Positions 10,378 to 19,751 of a stretch of 64,000 nucleotides of DNA are shown here, piece after piece (the first letter of the stretch is position 1; every line of letters starts with the position of its first letter). Both the position numbers and the translations under genes were made by a program. The notes under the pieces were generated by a model, which had not been told where the DNA came from, did not search any database, and saw only the letters and a list, made by a program, of their open reading frames with translations. This stretch comes from Spirochaetia bacterium. GTDB taxonomy: Bacteria; Spirochaetota; Spirochaetia; DSM-2461. The stretch lies in contig CAXXIA010000002.1 in NCBI GenBank assembly GCA_963666985.2, positions 1,216,001-1,280,000 of the forward strand, given 5' to 3'.

Positions 10378-11124
10378 CTAAACCTCAATTAAGGGAATAC
10401 TTCTTTTCAGTAAACCGGTTACGTTCTCCACATTGGCCGAAAACACTTCCAGAACGGCTTCCCAGCTTACCGGCTCTTCTTCGATTTTCCAGCAATCGTA
10501 GTCGGTACACATGGCCACCGCGGCATAGGGCAGACCGGCTTCATTAGCCAAGGCGCATTCGGGCGCGACGGACATGTTAATCACATCGGCCCCCCAGGAG
10601 CGAAACATCATCGATTCCGCCCGAGTGGAAAAACGCGGCCCTTCTATGGTAACGACGGTACCCTTAGGATGAAATCGATAACCGGATTCTTCACAGCCGC
10701 GGGTTAAAACCTTCCGAAGCCGTGCATCGAAAGGTTCGGCCATGGCCGTATGCTTCACGTTCCCCGCCTCGAAACTCTCGAAGAAGGTCAGAGGCCGCAG
10801 CCTCGTGAAATCGATGAATTGATCGAGCACCACCAAATCACCCCGCCCGAATTCCTCCCGAAGAGATCCGACCGCGGTCGTGGCCAGAACGGCCGTACAG
10901 CCCAGATCCATCAGAGCCCGGATATGAGCCCGGTTATTCACGAAGGTCGGAGGAACGGTATGATGCCGTCCATGCCGGGCCACCAGCGCCGTCTCAATCC
11001 CGTTTATCAGGCCAACGCGAATCGGCGAATGGGGCTCTCCCCAGGGTGTGGTAACGCTGACTTCGCGAACATCCTTAAGAATGTCCGGATGATCCAGACC
11101 GCTTCCGCCGATGATTCCGATCAT
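10378..11124 (-). CDS. mtnP: S-methyl-5'-thioadenosine phosphorylase
   Basis: Motifs IGIIGGSGL, ARHGRHH, IEGPRFSTRAES and TDYDCW; adjacent to mtnA. Confidence 0.92.
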   Translation of the reverse strand: MIGIIGGSGLDHPDILKDVREVSVTTPWGEPHSPIRVGLINGIETALVARHGRHHTVPPTFVNNRAHIRALMDLGCTAVLATTAVGSLREEFGRGDLVVLDQFIDFTRLRPLTFFESFEAGNVKHTAMAEPFDARLRKVLTRGCEESGYRFHPKGTVVTIEGPRFSTRAESMMFRSWGADVINMSVAPECALANEAGLPYAAVAMCTDYDCWKIEEEPVSWEAVLEVFSANVENVTGLLKRSIPLIEV

Positions 11125-11248
11125 ACGCTGCCGCTCCTATTCTTTTGCCAAGTGCCGCCGACCGCTCCGACGATTCGTCCGTCAAAGGGTTCGCCGACGG
11201 CATGTCCCCGGCCGGACTTACCGGCCGAACGGATTTCCCGGCCGCAGT

Positions 11249-12403
11249 TTATACCATATCATTGAAGACCTGCACACATTCGGGAAAAAGTTCGGCAATC
11301 CCCTCGCGAGTCGCCGCGCAGACTCCGCGTTCGGTGATCAGTCCGGTAATCAGCCGCCGGGGCGTTACGTCGAAAGCCCAATTCCGCGCGCCGCTTTTCT
11401 CCGGACAAATCAGCACTTCATCGGGGCGGCCCGTGCTTCGGGAAAGCCCCCGCACATAACGCACTTCCTCGGCGTTCCGTTCCTCGATGGGAATTTCCGC
11501 CGTGCCGTCGTCCATATTCCAATCGAAGGTTGAGGAGGGAAGGGCTATGTAAAAAGGCACACCGTTGTCGGCAGCCGCAAGCGCCTTCAAATAGGTTCCG
11601 ATTTTATTCGCCGCGTCGCCGCCGGAGGTTACCCGGTCCGCTCCGGTAATCACAAGATCCACCAGAGCATGCCGCATCAGATGCCCGCCCGCATTGTCGG
11701 CGACGACATCATGAGGTACGCCGTGACTCCCGAGTTCCCACGCCGTCAGAGCCGCTCCCTGCAGCCGGGGCCGGGTTTCATCAACCCAGACATGAACGTT
11801 CAAACCCGCATCGTAAGCCGCATAAATCGGCGAAAGGGCCGAGCCGTAATCCACGAAGGCCAGCCACCCGGCGTTGCAGTGCGTAAGAATATGCACCGGC
11901 TCGTTCCGGCGGCCGTCCTTATCTTTTTGAAGGCGAATTTTTTGGATGATCCCCAAGCCGTGAGCGCCGATGGTTCGGCACATCTTCGCGTCTGCCTCCG
12001 CGATGTCCGAGGCGCCTCTTTGAGCCGCCTCGCGGGCGGCCCGCGGATTCCAGTTCTCGCCGGACATGGCATCCAGCTGCCGCCCGACGGCCCAAGCCAG
12101 ATTCACCGCCGTGGGCCGCGTCCTCATCAGCTTATCTCCGGCCGTCTCAACAAAGGCCCGAAATCCTTTCGTATCGCCCGGAGCCATCACGGACGCGGCC
12201 CACATGCCATAGGCGGCCGTAGCACCGATCAGGCCGGCCCCGCGCACCGCCATATCGGCGATGGCCTGTGCGTAATCCTCCACGGTCCGTAAATCCAGAG
12301 TAACGAAACGGTGAGGCAGTTCCCGCTGATCGATGATGCTCACAACGCCGCTTCGGCCCTCTACGGGCCAAATCGTCCGGTAATGACGGCCGTTAACGTT
12401 CAT
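11249..12403 (-). CDS. mtnA: S-methyl-5-thioribose-1-phosphate isomerase
   Basis: Motifs MAVRGA, TRPTAVNL, LTHCNAG, DETRP, NKIGTY and FDVTP. Start placed at ATG 12403. Confidence 0.93.
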   Translation of the reverse strand: MNVNGRHYRTIWPVEGRSGVVSIIDQRELPHRFVTLDLRTVEDYAQAIADMAVRGAGLIGATAAYGMWAASVMAPGDTKGFRAFVETAGDKLMRTRPTAVNLAWAVGRQLDAMSGENWNPRAAREAAQRGASDIAEADAKMCRTIGAHGLGIIQKIRLQKDKDGRRNEPVHILTHCNAGWLAFVDYGSALSPIYAAYDAGLNVHVWVDETRPRLQGAALTAWELGSHGVPHDVVADNAGGHLMRHALVDLVITGADRVTSGGDAANKIGTYLKALAAADNGVPFYIALPSSTFDWNMDDGTAEIPIEERNAEEVRYVRGLSRSTGRPDEVLICPEKSGARNWAFDVTPRRLITGLITERGVCAATREGIAELFPECVQVFNDMV

Positions 12404-12655
12404 GAAGCCATTATAGCGGCGTATCGGCGGCAGGGAAACGTCGGAACGATATCGACTTCCGCGCATGCCTCCTCGCAGCGGATCGGCACAGGCGAATGCC
12501 GGGAGGCGGAAGAGGCGCCTTTCCTCAAATCAAAGCACCCTAAGCGGTCTTGAGACCGGCGGTAAATCAAGCGGCTTCGGGGGTCACCCCTAAAAAAGGC
12601 CTCGATCCTCGCCGATCTCTTGAAATTTTCCCCCCGTCACCGTCATTGTTATTCC

Positions 12656-14014
12656 ATGCACGTTTATGTAAACAGATTGTTGAATTTCAAGAAAATCAAG
12701 GTCGTGGGATTCGACATGGACTACACACTCGTGGCCTACGACATCGCGGCATTCGAAAATCTCGCCCACACGCTGGCGATAAAAAGGCTCGCCGAGGATT
12801 ACGGATACCCGAAGGCCGTTGAGAAACTCACCTTCGATAAAGAGCGGGCCATCGTGGGTTTGGTAATCGACAAGCGCAACGGGAATCTGCTGAAGCTCAG
12901 CCGCTTCAATAAGGTGAAGATCGCTTATCACGGTCTCGAGGAAATCGATTTCCGGCAGCGGGCCAAGATATACAGGGAACGGGTTATCGACCTGCGCGAT
13001 CCGGATTTCCAGAGTCTGGATACGGCCTTCGCCATTTCGAACGGTGTCCTTTACGCCCAGCTGGTTCAGCTGAAAAAGGAAGGTGCGCCGCTACCGGATT
13101 ACGGAACGATGGTCGACGACGTGAACAACTGCATCGACTCGCTCCATAAGGATGGAACCATCAAAAACATCCTGAAGGCGAATTTCGATCACTATGTTAT
13201 TCGCGATCCCCAAACGGCGGCCATGCTGGAACGGCTGAAGCTTTACGGCAAGAAGCTGATGATCATCACCAATTCCGATTACGACTATACCAAAGCCCTG
13301 TTGGATTACGCTCTGAATCCCTACTGGAAAAACGGAGGAGACTGGAGGGATTTTTTCGACCTGGTGATTACCTTCGCGGACAAACCGCGTTTTTTCCAGG
13401 GACGCAACCGATTTCTCCGGGTGGATCCGGAAACGGGAACCATGAGCAACCACGAAGGGCCCGTGTCCGAAGGAATCTGGCAGGGCGGATGGTTCGGCGA
13501 TGTTCAGACGGGTCTGGATGTTCCGGGTGATGAGTTCCTCTACCTGGGCGACCATATTTACGGCGATGTGGTTTCCATCAAGAAAACCTGCGACTGGAGA
13601 ACCGGACTGGTGCTCGGCGGGCTGGAAGGGGAATTGGAGTCCATTCGGGCCACGCAGGGCATACAGGCGGAAATCGACCGGCTGATGAATCGCAAGCAAT
13701 TCCTGGAAAAAGAATCGGATGAGGCCGAAATGATCCGAAAAGAAGGCGGAGAGGCGCGTGTGCCCTCCGGTCATGCGGAAGAACAGGACAAACTCAATCT
13801 TCGCGTTTCGGAACTCCTGGACGAATTAAAGCCGCACTTCAATCCTTATTGGGGCGAGATTCTCAGAGCCGGGATTGAAGAAAGCCGATACGCGACTCAA
13901 GTTGAAGACTATGCCTGTATCTACATGACCAAGGTCTCCGACCTTTATAATTATTCACCGCGAACGTATTTCCGGCCGCCGCGGCGGATGCTGGCGCATG
14001 AAATGGAAAATTAA
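12656..14014 (+). CDS. HAD-IG family (cN-II-like) 5'-nucleotidase
   Basis: Motifs GFDMDYTL, ITNS, KPRFF, YLGDHIYGDV, WRT and FNPYWG. Start placed at ATG 12656. Confidence 0.92.
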   Translation: MHVYVNRLLNFKKIKVVGFDMDYTLVAYDIAAFENLAHTLAIKRLAEDYGYPKAVEKLTFDKERAIVGLVIDKRNGNLLKLSRFNKVKIAYHGLEEIDFRQRAKIYRERVIDLRDPDFQSLDTAFAISNGVLYAQLVQLKKEGAPLPDYGTMVDDVNNCIDSLHKDGTIKNILKANFDHYVIRDPQTAAMLERLKLYGKKLMIITNSDYDYTKALLDYALNPYWKNGGDWRDFFDLVITFADKPRFFQGRNRFLRVDPETGTMSNHEGPVSEGIWQGGWFGDVQTGLDVPGDEFLYLGDHIYGDVVSIKKTCDWRTGLVLGGLEGELESIRATQGIQAEIDRLMNRKQFLEKESDEAEMIRKEGGEARVPSGHAEEQDKLNLRVSELLDELKPHFNPYWGEILRAGIEESRYATQVEDYACIYMTKVSDLYNYSPRTYFRPPRRMLAHEMEN

Positions 14015-14102
14015 ACGGAGGCGTGAGTCCGTGCCGCGGATATCGCGGATCGTTGACTGCGGAAAGGAACGCATTCGACTCCATAAATCTTTCGCGGCAT
14101 TC

Positions 14103-15494
14103 TTATTCAACCGAAATATCGGAGACGATCTCATCCATTTCCCGCTTCAGATGATTCATTCCCTCTTCAACCGAAGAATACTTTCCCGCCACGATATCCT
14201 GAAGCGTCTCGGCCCATTCGGTGGTTGTCTCAATAAAATGCGGTTGAGGCGTGAATTGAATATACGTTCCCGCCACGGATTCCTCGAAGGTTCCGGTATA
14301 TCCTTCCATGCCGCTCAGTACGTTTAGCGACTGAGCGCGTTCAAAAGCAGAAGTTCTCGGCGGATTAAAGCACAGGGCTTCCGAACATGCCCATTTAAGA
14401 TGGTCCTTGCCGGTGAAATATTGAAGAAAAAGCCAGGAGGCAAGTTTATGCTCCGAAAATTGATTAACGGCCATAGCCCAGGTCCAAAGATTTGTCCGTA
14501 ATGCCTTATTCCCTTCCGGAAGAGGAGCCCTGGTCCAGACCAAATTTTCCCGTTCTCCGGCGGTTCCCGAATCCAACACAATTCCGAGAATATCCGCGTC
14601 AAAAATCATGGCCGCTTTTCCGTTTATCAGATCTTCACCGGCTTCATACCAGTAATAGCTTGACCAATTCGGAGGGCCGCCTCTTCGAATCAAATCAACC
14701 CAGTCTTCGGTCATCTTAACGGCTTCGGGCGAATTGACTTGAGATTCCAGTTTTCCATTTACAACTTCAAAATCCACGGCACCGTAATTGGTATACGTCG
14801 TCATGTACGCCGGATGAATCGTTCCCCAGTTCCTGGCCCCCCGGAGAGCCAGCGCATAGGTTCCGGGGCCGTCAAATTCATGAAGCCGATCACACAGGAG
14901 TTTCAGCTCTTCAATCGTTTCGGGCGGCCGGAGTCCTCTTTCATCAAAGATTCTTTTGTTATAGATCAGACAATTACTTTCAAAGCCCAAAGGAAGAGCC
15001 CATAACGGGCCGGTTCCGATCCGGTGTCCGGGGATTAAATCCCATCTGAGGGAACTGATAATCCCGCTATAAAAATCATTAAAATCGAAATAAGGGAAAT
15101 TCAAATTGACGTCATTGACGAATTCATCCAGGCTCTGAATGTATCCTGACTTCGCGTAATCCCAAATCTGATAAGCTCCGGTCATGAAGAGATCCGGGTG
15201 ACCGTCGGTACAGTTTAATTTGACCGTTAATTCATCAAAATAGGTTGTCTCGGGGCTGATTGAATATGTTACCCGAATACCGGTCAATTTTTCAAATCGG
15301 GGTATTTGCCGAATGATTGCTTCGGCATAAGAATGCCGATTAAAACAAACTTCGATGGATTCACCTTCCGCCTTTTTCCAGCTGAAACCGGATTCCGCCG
15401 CCTGTTTCTTGATGTTTTCAACGGAATTCATATCCCGACAGCTCGAAAAGAACAAAAGAAGAGCCGCCGTGAAACAAAAGAAGAAGCGCCTGAA
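14103..15494 (-). CDS. Sugar ABC-type solute-binding lipoprotein (paralog 2), 5' end disrupted or extended by an insert; true start uncertain
   Basis: Highly similar to 15869..17308 from the lipobox (LLFFSSC) onward. The upstream ~105 codons of the ORF-track call (to 15806) are unrelated GC-rich sequence. Confidence 0.8.
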   Translation of the reverse strand, partial: FRRFFFCFTAALLLFFSSCRDMNSVENIKKQAAESGFSWKKAEGESIEVCFNRHSYAEAIIRQIPRFEKLTGIRVTYSISPETTYFDELTVKLNCTDGHPDLFMTGAYQIWDYAKSGYIQSLDEFVNDVNLNFPYFDFNDFYSGIISSLRWDLIPGHRIGTGPLWALPLGFESNCLIYNKRIFDERGLRPPETIEELKLLCDRLHEFDGPGTYALALRGARNWGTIHPAYMTTYTNYGAVDFEVVNGKLESQVNSPEAVKMTEDWVDLIRRGGPPNWSSYYWYEAGEDLINGKAAMIFDADILGIVLDSGTAGERENLVWTRAPLPEGNKALRTNLWTWAMAVNQFSEHKLASWLFLQYFTGKDHLKWACSEALCFNPPRTSAFERAQSLNVLSGMEGYTGTFEESVAGTYIQFTPQPHFIETTTEWAETLQDIVAGKYSSVEEGMNHLKREMDEIVSDISVE

Positions 15495-15809
15495 AAGTGG
15501 CTGGAAAAGGCGTGCTGTTTCGCGCCGCGAAAGAAATGCCGGAACGGTTTGGAGCGCGGAGAGCACGCAAGACTCACAGTTCGCCGACTCCGGACGAGCA
15601 AGGGAGGCGGAAGCGGTGCTCAAACACGGTACGCGCATCACCGAGCCGACGCGGGGCGATGCGGAGCGAGCAGGGAAAGCACGGTGCGGCAAACAGGGCC
15701 GTACCGCAGGCCTGTAATACCGAAAAACGGATCGGGCGGGAACCTCATGAGTATTTCGAGCACCACAGGGAGCCGCATACGGCGTTATCAGGTTCTTTTT
15801 CAACAACCT
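15495..15809. mobile_element. Putative MITE/REP-like non-autonomous insert (~315 bp)
   Basis: GC-rich block absent from the paralog. Imperfect terminal inverted repeats AAGTGGCTGGAAAAG (15495-15509) and CTTTTTCAACAACCT (15795-15809), 11/15 match. A perfect 10-bp hairpin TTATCAGGTT/AACCTGATAA (15785-15814) overlaps the right end. Confidence 0.5.
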
Positions 15810-15868
15810 GATAAATAAGAACGGAATGCTTTGAACCGTAACTTCAACCTCCTCTTACAAAAAGTCCC

Positions 15869-17308
15869 TTATTCAACGGAAATACCGGAAACAATCTCAT
15901 CCATTTTCCGTTTCAGATGATTCATTCCCTCTTCAACCGTAGCGTATTCTCCCGAAACAATATCCTGCAGAGTTCCGGCCCATTCGGTGGTGGTCTCAAT
16001 AAAATGAGGCTGCGGCGTGAACTGAATATACGTTCCCGCCACGGATTCGGAGAACATATCGGAATAGCCTTCGTATCGACTCAAAACATTTTGGAACTCA
16101 GGACTTTCAAAAACCGATGCTCGCGGCGGATCAAAGGACCGGCCCTTTGTACAAGCCCATTGAAGATGTTCCTTACCGGTGAAGTATTGCAGAAAAAGCC
16201 AGGCGGCCAGTTTCCGCTCGGAAAACCGATTCATCGCCATGGACCATGTCCACAGATTGGTCTTAACATCACAATCACATTCCAGGAGAGGAGCCCGGGC
16301 CCATGCCAGGTTGTTCATTTCCTTGGCGGTTTCCGAATACAATATAATTCCGACAATGTCCGCATCGAAAAGCATGGCCGCTTTCCCGTTTATAAGATCT
16401 TCACCGGCGTTATACCAAAGATAATTCGACCAGTCCGGGGAGCCTCCCCTTCTGATCAAATCAACCCAGTCCTCAGTCATTTTAACGGCTTCCGGTGAAT
16501 TCACTTGCGAAACAAGGCGCCCGTTCTCTACAACGAAATCCACGGCACCGTAATTTGAATAGGTTGTCATATAACCCGGATGAATCGTTCCCCAGTTCCT
16601 GGCCCCCCGAAGAGCCAGAGCATAAGTCCCGGGGCCGTCAAATTCCTGAAGCTGATCACACAGGATTTTAAGCTCTTCAATCGTTTGAGGGGGCTCAAGT
16701 CCTCTTTCGTCAAAAACTCTCTTATTGTATGTCAGACAATTACTCTCAAAACCGAGCGGAAGAGCCCAGAGAGGACCTGTTCCGACACGATGACCCGGCG
16801 TTAAATCCCATCTGAGAGAACTGATAACACCGTTGAAGAAATCATTAAAATCGTAATCGGAAGAAACAAGATTTGAATCATTGAGAAGATCATCAAGGCT
16901 TTGAATGTATCCCAAGACCGCGTAGTCCCAAATCTGATAGGCCCCGGTCATGAAAAGGTCCGGACGTCCGCTTTCGCCGCTCAATTTGACATTCAGCTCA
17001 TCAAAATAAGTTTTTTCCGGTCTTATTGAATATGTCACCTTGATGCCGGTCAGCTCTTCAAATCCGGACAATCTTTGAATAATGGCTTCGGCATATGAAT
17101 GTTGATTGAAGCCGACTTCCAGAACTTCACCCCTCGCCATTTTCCAACCGAAGCCGGTATCCGCCGCCTGATTTCTTATATGTTCTATCGAATTAATTTC
17201 AAAAGAATCGGCATCCTCTTTTTCACGGCAGCCTGAGAACATCAAAATGAGGAAAAAGGGGAAACAGAGGATAGCGATAGTCTTAGTGAAAACAGCTTTT
17301 CTTTCCAT
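15869..17308 (-). CDS. Sugar ABC-type solute-binding lipoprotein (paralog 1)
   Basis: Lipoprotein signal (LMFSGC). Family-1 extracellular solute-binding motifs FEELTGIKV, ALPLGFE, YNKRVF, GKAAM and AAWLFLQY. Confidence 0.9.
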   Translation of the reverse strand: MERKAVFTKTIAILCFPFFLILMFSGCREKEDADSFEINSIEHIRNQAADTGFGWKMARGEVLEVGFNQHSYAEAIIQRLSGFEELTGIKVTYSIRPEKTYFDELNVKLSGESGRPDLFMTGAYQIWDYAVLGYIQSLDDLLNDSNLVSSDYDFNDFFNGVISSLRWDLTPGHRVGTGPLWALPLGFESNCLTYNKRVFDERGLEPPQTIEELKILCDQLQEFDGPGTYALALRGARNWGTIHPGYMTTYSNYGAVDFVVENGRLVSQVNSPEAVKMTEDWVDLIRRGGSPDWSNYLWYNAGEDLINGKAAMLFDADIVGIILYSETAKEMNNLAWARAPLLECDCDVKTNLWTWSMAMNRFSERKLAAWLFLQYFTGKEHLQWACTKGRSFDPPRASVFESPEFQNVLSRYEGYSDMFSESVAGTYIQFTPQPHFIETTTEWAGTLQDIVSGEYATVEEGMNHLKRKMDEIVSGISVE

Positions 17309-17802
17309 AATCCTATCCCGCCTCTTTGCCCCTCCTGAATCCTGCGTTTCTTGTTAATAATACTAATTCGATTTTTTCCGAAAGTAAATTTTATGCACAC
17401 CCGCTTTCTTTTAAACATATTGAGGCAGGCCGGAGCAAAGAGTTGAGTATCCGGATATCCAAGGTTTACATTCTCATTCGCGGAATACACGGCGTCAGTT
17501 AATGCCGTCCGGACTGTTGGTATGAAATTATTTTCGGTCGACTCTTCAAAATCCTCGATTTTACCTATAACGGCTTCGGCCTTTGATAGTGCTTGAAGCC
17601 GGCCTCTTCGGCCGTACTCTCCGATGGAATCCGGACGAATCCGGATTTGCCGCCATTTTTTGCAAATTATACAAAGTTTGACTTATTTCGTTCCATCGTA
17701 TGATTTTACATAGTGTATTAATCATTTTCTAATCTTATATTCATTTCTGCCGGCGGCAAACAAGCCCTCGGCCTCGGGATACGCCAAAAGACATGTAAAA
17801 AC

Positions 17803-17830
17803 TTGCATTGGAACTCTTTCTCCGTATAAT
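17803..17830 (+). promoter_or_regulatory. Sigma70-type promoter of the kinase/EAL operon
   Basis: TTGCAT-N16-TATAAT, 16 nt upstream of ATG 17847. Confidence 0.6.
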
Positions 17831-17846
17831 TCAAAAGGGATGATCT

Positions 17847-19751
17847 ATGTTTGCCGGCATTGAGAGAAACAACGAATTAACACACAAGGGTTTAATACTT
17901 CTTTGTTTATTAATATCCTTTTCCGTTGCTTCAATCGCCTGCTATGCGATCAGAGAGACCGAGTTGAATTCCAAGGAAAATGTAGAAATTGAATTCACGG
18001 AAAAGATGAAAGATATCATCTCCGAAGAGCTTTTTGATATCCTTAATCAATATTCAAAACTCCTCTTTGTTACCGCTCATTCCACATTGGAAATAATGAA
18101 AAACAACCCGAATAATCCCGAAATCGTAGAAAATTTATATAAAGAAGTTCTTGCTGAATTCCCTTACTTCTATGAGATTAAATATATTAATCCGGAAGGG
18201 AAAGAGATACCCGGTGTTAGAAAAAATGAAAACAGTACATATTCTACATTTATTGGAGATCTTTCAAGCAAAGACGACCGTCATTTCTTTCAAGATATTA
18301 AGGCTCAGGAATTATGGACATTTTACCTTTCACCTTTAGATTTATATATCAATGATGAATCAAACAGCCGCTGGATTCCAATAGTCAGAATAGCAATGCC
18401 TGTTCCGGATCCGTTTTCCAACAAAAAGGGGCTTCTTCTTATTAATATCGATCTAACGGAAGCTCTGAATATTATGCGAAACCAATCGGCTAACAGAAAA
18501 AGTTACCTGCTCAATTCCGACGGTTATTATATGACCGGTGTAGAAAAGGAAAAACTTTGGGGATTTTTATTCGGTAATAATACAACATTTGAAAAGGATT
18601 ATCCCAAAGCTTGGGCACAAATGAGTTCCGGAAAAAACGGCTCCTTTTTCCACGCCGGAAAACTTTTTTCATTTTCTTCAATGGCAATGAAAGGATTGGA
18701 AACGAAAATCTTCATTCGCTCCGGAACCGTATATTCCTATACACCTCCTAAAAGTTCCAATTTTTCCGATTACAGTCTTGTTCTTTCAAACAGCGATACG
18801 GTCAGTTGGATGGTTGTAGTCGTAAGCGATCTTAATTCAAGCGTTCTGCCATCCGAACCTCGGCAGATTATCACATACGCTTTGATTTTCATTATTAGTC
18901 TTCTCATCGGCTGGATATTGGGAAAAAGTATTTATGAAAAAAGGAAAGCCGTTCAAGCCCAAAAAGAAGCACAAGCGGCTCTTATTCAAACGGAGAAGAT
19001 GGCCTCTCTCGGCCGTCTTGTTGCGGGAATCGCTCATGAGCTGAATACCCCAATCGGCGCCTCGGTTACAATAGCCAGTACCATTCAAGATTCAATCAAT
19101 CTTTTTTCTTCGGAGATTCGAAACGGACAAATTAAAAAAACAAGTATTGACGATTTCATTTCCACCATTACAACCGGCTCAAAAACAATGCTGCAGAGTC
19201 TTGATAGGGCGTCGACACTGATTACACATTTCAAACAAGTATCGGTGGATCAATCCAGTGAGCAGCGGCGTACTTTCAGGCTGCCTGATTATATAAACGA
19301 TATCTTGGATACTCTAAAACCGACATTCAAGAAAAGAAACATATATATTGATGTTCAAGCCGAAGAAACTATTGATATCGATTCGTATCCCGGAGCATTC
19401 GCACAAGTAATATCAAATATCATCAATAACGCGGTAATGCATGCGTTCCCTGAGAAAAGCATGGGCATCATCACAATTCATGTGGAAAAGAGACATAACA
19501 ACGTTCAAATTTCTATAAGAGATAACGGTGAAGGGATTCAAAAAGAGCATCTTAACCATATATTTGAGCCTTTCTTCACAACAAAATCGGATTTCGGAGG
19601 GAGTGGTCTGGGCCTGCATATAGCATTCAATATTGTCCATGATCTTCTTGAAGGAACACTGAAGGCTGCAAGTGAGAAAAAAAAATTCACGGAGTTTATA
19701 ATAGAATTACCATTAACTATTAAAATTCAGTCGCATGACCGAGGTACTTAA
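17847..19751 (+). CDS. Membrane sensor histidine kinase with Cache-like periplasmic domain
   Basis: Two TM segments, H-box EKMASLGRLVAGIAHELNTP, N-box NAVMHAF, and DNGEG, FEPFFTTK, GSGLGL. Confidence 0.93.
   Translation: MFAGIERNNELTHKGLILLCLLISFSVASIACYAIRETELNSKENVEIEFTEKMKDIISEELFDILNQYSKLLFVTAHSTLEIMKNNPNNPEIVENLYKEVLAEFPYFYEIKYINPEGKEIPGVRKNENSTYSTFIGDLSSKDDRHFFQDIKAQELWTFYLSPLDLYINDESNSRWIPIVRIAMPVPDPFSNKKGLLLINIDLTEALNIMRNQSANRKSYLLNSDGYYMTGVEKEKLWGFLFGNNTTFEKDYPKAWAQMSSGKNGSFFHAGKLFSFSSMAMKGLETKIFIRSGTVYSYTPPKSSNFSDYSLVLSNSDTVSWMVVVVSDLNSSVLPSEPRQIITYALIFIISLLIGWILGKSIYEKRKAVQAQKEAQAALIQTEKMASLGRLVAGIAHELNTPIGASVTIASTIQDSINLFSSEIRNGQIKKTSIDDFISTITTGSKTMLQSLDRASTLITHFKQVSVDQSSEQRRTFRLPDYINDILDTLKPTFKKRNIYIDVQAEETIDIDSYPGAFAQVISNIINNAVMHAFPEKSMGIITIHVEKRHNNVQISIRDNGEGIQKEHLNHIFEPFFTTKSDFGGSGLGLHIAFNIVHDLLEGTLKAASEKKKFTEFIIELPLTIKIQSHDRGT

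Noticed and set aside
17752..17800. GGCAAAC...GGGATACGCCAAAAG resembling a c-di-GMP-I riboswitch near the EAL operon
   Set aside because: No GNRA tetraloop or P2 pairing, and it lies upstream of the predicted promoter.
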